From the NCBI RefSeq assembly GCF_964355755.1, contig NC_092672.1, positions 24,255,237-24,319,236 on the forward strand: a stretch of DNA of 64,000 nt. The letters run 5' to 3'. A program made the translations under genes and the position numbers. This document shows, piece after piece, positions 61,678 to 64,000 of this stretch (its first letter is position 1; the number at the start of each line of letters is the position of its first letter). Under the pieces are notes generated by a model, which saw only the letters and a program-made list of their open reading frames with translations, did not search any database and was not told the DNA's origin. This DNA is from Antedon mediterranea (Eukaryota; Animalia; Echinodermata).

Positions 61678-61846
61678 AATATATTGAAAAGTTGCTAACT
61701 GAAGTGTTTGAAAGAAGACGAGCGAAGTCAGTCAAGATGCTCTTATGAATTATGCAAAAGCACCACTGGCCGTTAACGCCACATACCAACCGTATGACAA
61801 AGCAGACTTGGTCAAGAAAAGGTGTACTTGTTTTCCAACTAAATAA
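61678..61846 (+). pseudogene. Putative terminal exon of the THAP-associated transposase-like gene (frameshifted)
   Basis: After an AG acceptor: YIEKLLTEVFERR ... APLAVNATYQPYDKADLVKKRCTCFPTK*, resembling from memory the C-terminus of invertebrate THAP/DDE transposase-like proteins. Confidence 0.4.
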
Positions 61847-62098
61847 CATTTTTATAATCAAGGTAATAAAGTCCTTATTTGCATGTCTTACAATACACAT
61901 GGTGAAACATACAGTAATTATATATGTTCTTGTCAGTATAAACTTATAAAAATAGTTTTCAAAATTTTTTTTCTTTATCCTCAATCATGAATAAACTTAA
62001 CTAAATAACTCTTTTGTTTATTGTTTTAATTGTAGGAACTGAACTTTGGTGAAACTGGTGGATATCCAATCTATGCAACTGTACAATGTGCTAATTAG

Positions 62099-62729
62099 TC
62101 ATGGAATTTTGGGATATTTAAAGCCTACATATTGTTGCGCAGGAAATGCATTCCTAATAGTTGACACTACGCAAGACGGAAGTATTTTTCTTTTGCCCTT
62201 CCCAAGTAGCTTCCATATCCAAGTTGTAAACCTCCGGTAGGCAACATGGCGATATAGTCTGAAAACATAAAGAAAATTGTGATTAGTTAACAAAATAAAT
62301 TTACCATCTTTAATGTCTCATTACAAGACAAGAAGTTGCATTGTTTTTATGGAAACTTGCCGGACCTTTGGGTCGGTAGTTGGTTTATTGAATTTGTTAA
62401 TTTAATGTTGTCAGTTTTGTCATTAAAAATCTGATTTCCACTACAATACTGTTATACTTACAAACTGTTTCGTAATTAATTTCAGCGTTAATTCAAATAT
62501 AGTATTTTATCAAACTTACTGATTCACTGGAGTCATCGTCAAATGGACCTTCCTGTTTAACATAATGCCAGAAGGACACTTCAAGAACATCGCGGTCCAG
62601 ACAGTTGTTTTTTAACCCAGTATGCTGTATGCATCCAACCGCTCTCCCATTTTCTCTACTATCTCCTCTGTCTCATAACAACATACAGACTCAACAGCAG
62701 TTGTTGCTGTACAATGTGAGCACTTGCAC
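62099..62729 (-). pseudogene. Stand-alone P2X7 intracellular 'ballast'-like (KolX-like) gene, two exons visible (62729-62520, 62258-62099), frameshifted
   Basis: CKCSHC....VESVCCYE, CIQHTG..NNCLDRDVLEVS and LYRHVAYRRFTTWIWKLLGKGKRKILPSCVVSTIRNAFPAQQYVGFKYP; compare vertebrate P2X7 C-terminal RHCAYRCYATW..ILPSCCRWRIRKEFP..QYSGFKSP. AG/GT borders present. Confidence 0.85.
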
Positions 62730-63955
62730 CTGCATAGAATCAACATTACAGCACTCAAATATATACTATATACTGTTACTATACTAATTAATAGATGAAA
62801 ATCAATATAAGCAAGGTCCTCCCAATCCCACCAAAAAAGCCCCAAACAAAAGCTAGGCTTCTGTAGCTAGCCTAGTAGAAATAGAATAAAGCCTATTACT
62901 GTGGCTAGCCTATTGGCCTTAGTATTATAGAGTGTAGCAGGCCTATAATTACGAAAAAATAATTACATTTTATTACAGTAAATATACTCAAAGGCTTATT
63001 AAAATCAACAAATTTGATCCAAAACAAAATGTCTTTCCCACCACCTTCCTCGCTGACCGCATATGTATGGCCGTGATTTGTTTTTTTTTTTTGTGTTGTC
63101 CGATGCAGTCGGCGGGGGTAGAATCACAATTGTGAAAAGGCTACACAGTGGGACAGCCAGTCGACAAATCGTGTCAAATTTCGACTCGGAGAGGGCGCCC
63201 TACTTTTCTAATTTAGTTCAAGATTGCTAAATTTTAGGGTGTTGGAAAAACACAATATTTGTAAATTTAGCTGATTATCGGAAAAATATTGTTAGTGAAA
63301 TAAATTCATAAATGGTTTTAATATACTGTCATGTAAAATTAAATGTATTTGAACAAAACGATAATCTGTAATTTAACGGCAAAATCAACCAATGTCTTTT
63401 TTTCGAAATTGTACCCTAGAAAATCATTAAAATAAAATATTTAGAAAAATTGAACAGTCCTGAATTTAAAATCCCTGTTAGAAAAATTAATAATCTACAG
63501 AATACGATATTAAGATACAAAATTCGGTGGTTGGGATGCAGCTCCGACTATTCAAACTAAAGGTACCACTATTTGTTCCTTCGAAAACTAGCAAAACCGC
63601 CATTTTGTAAACACATCGTCATCGTGTTTATGAATTTATTTATATCGAACGATATACGCGATGTTTATAATTGTCCGCGTATAAGAATTCATATAAATAA
63701 ATACATTCCAATACAACGTATATTATTACAGTACTTGTTTATTTATCACAGTATACATTTTAGTTGAGGAATATTTATCATAACTATTATAATAGCTTTT
63801 ATACGAGTCCGAGGCCTAGCCCTATTAGCGACCGATTGTTCCAGGGGCGGAAAGTCACTTAGTGACGTTGTGATCGGGCGCGTCGGGCCTAGCTAATATT
63901 AATAATATGATAATATAAGTAGTTCTTTGATAGTAAACCAATAAAACTTACGTTG

Positions 63956-63999
63956 GCAAGACAGTTTCGTCTAGCTGTCAGCTTGACTTCTTCAGTTGC
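63956..63999 (-). ncRNA. Minimal type I hammerhead ribozyme at the end of a probable Penelope-like element running off the window
   Basis: Minus strand GCAA-CUGAAGA-A-GUCaAGCU-gac-AGCUaGAC-GAAAC-u-GUC-UUGC: stem I, intact core, stem II, minimal stem III, GUC cleavage site. Confidence 0.75.
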
Positions 64000-64000
64000 T

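Larger units (their letters stand above)
60475..63200. mobile_element. Decayed, internally deleted Kolobok-like DNA transposon (THAP/transposase remnant and convergent ballast/KolX-like gene)
   Basis: Tail-to-tail arrangement of a + strand THAP gene and a - strand P2X7-C-terminal-like gene. Termini were not identified, so boundaries are approximate. Confidence 0.55.

Noticed and set aside
62099-62729. A true P2RX7 receptor gene
   Set aside because: Only the intracellular ballast-like part is present, with frameshifts; no transmembrane or ectodomain exons nearby.
63557-63900. Right TIR of the Kolobok-like unit
   Set aside because: No inverted match to the candidate left end (taaagcagaaatgtcac near 60476) was found; this segment may start a different element.

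Overview
AT-rich, repeat-dense eukaryotic (marine invertebrate, probably echinoderm-like) genomic DNA; no prokaryotic features. The main host gene is a + strand, multi-exon ROCO-family gene that the ORF track only shows in fragments. Fifteen GT-AG exons (2013-53991) splice into ankyrin repeats - Death domain - Roc GTPase (G1 GLENVGKTS, G3 DFGGQ, G4 GTHYE) - COR N-terminal half. Its start and end were not found in the window, and a 1-nt frameshift in the fourth visible exon gives an in-frame TGA. The introns hold nested transposons: a full-length CR1-group LINE with a 7-bp TSD that carries two DNA-transposon insertions (Chapaev-like and Academ-like), a CR1 with a 2A-like motif, Rex1, L2, RTE and BEL relics, head-to-tail Helitron/Helentron-type arrays and MITEs. 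Three minimal hammerhead ribozyme motifs of the Penelope type lie on the minus strand. The last 3.5 kb holds a decayed Kolobok-like unit: a THAP zinc finger and a putative transposase C-terminus converging on a spliced gene for a stand-alone P2X7 'cytoplasmic ballast'-like domain. Two degenerate tRNA-Val(AAC) copies sit inside a repeat. All calls come from manual reading and translation; no database searches were run.
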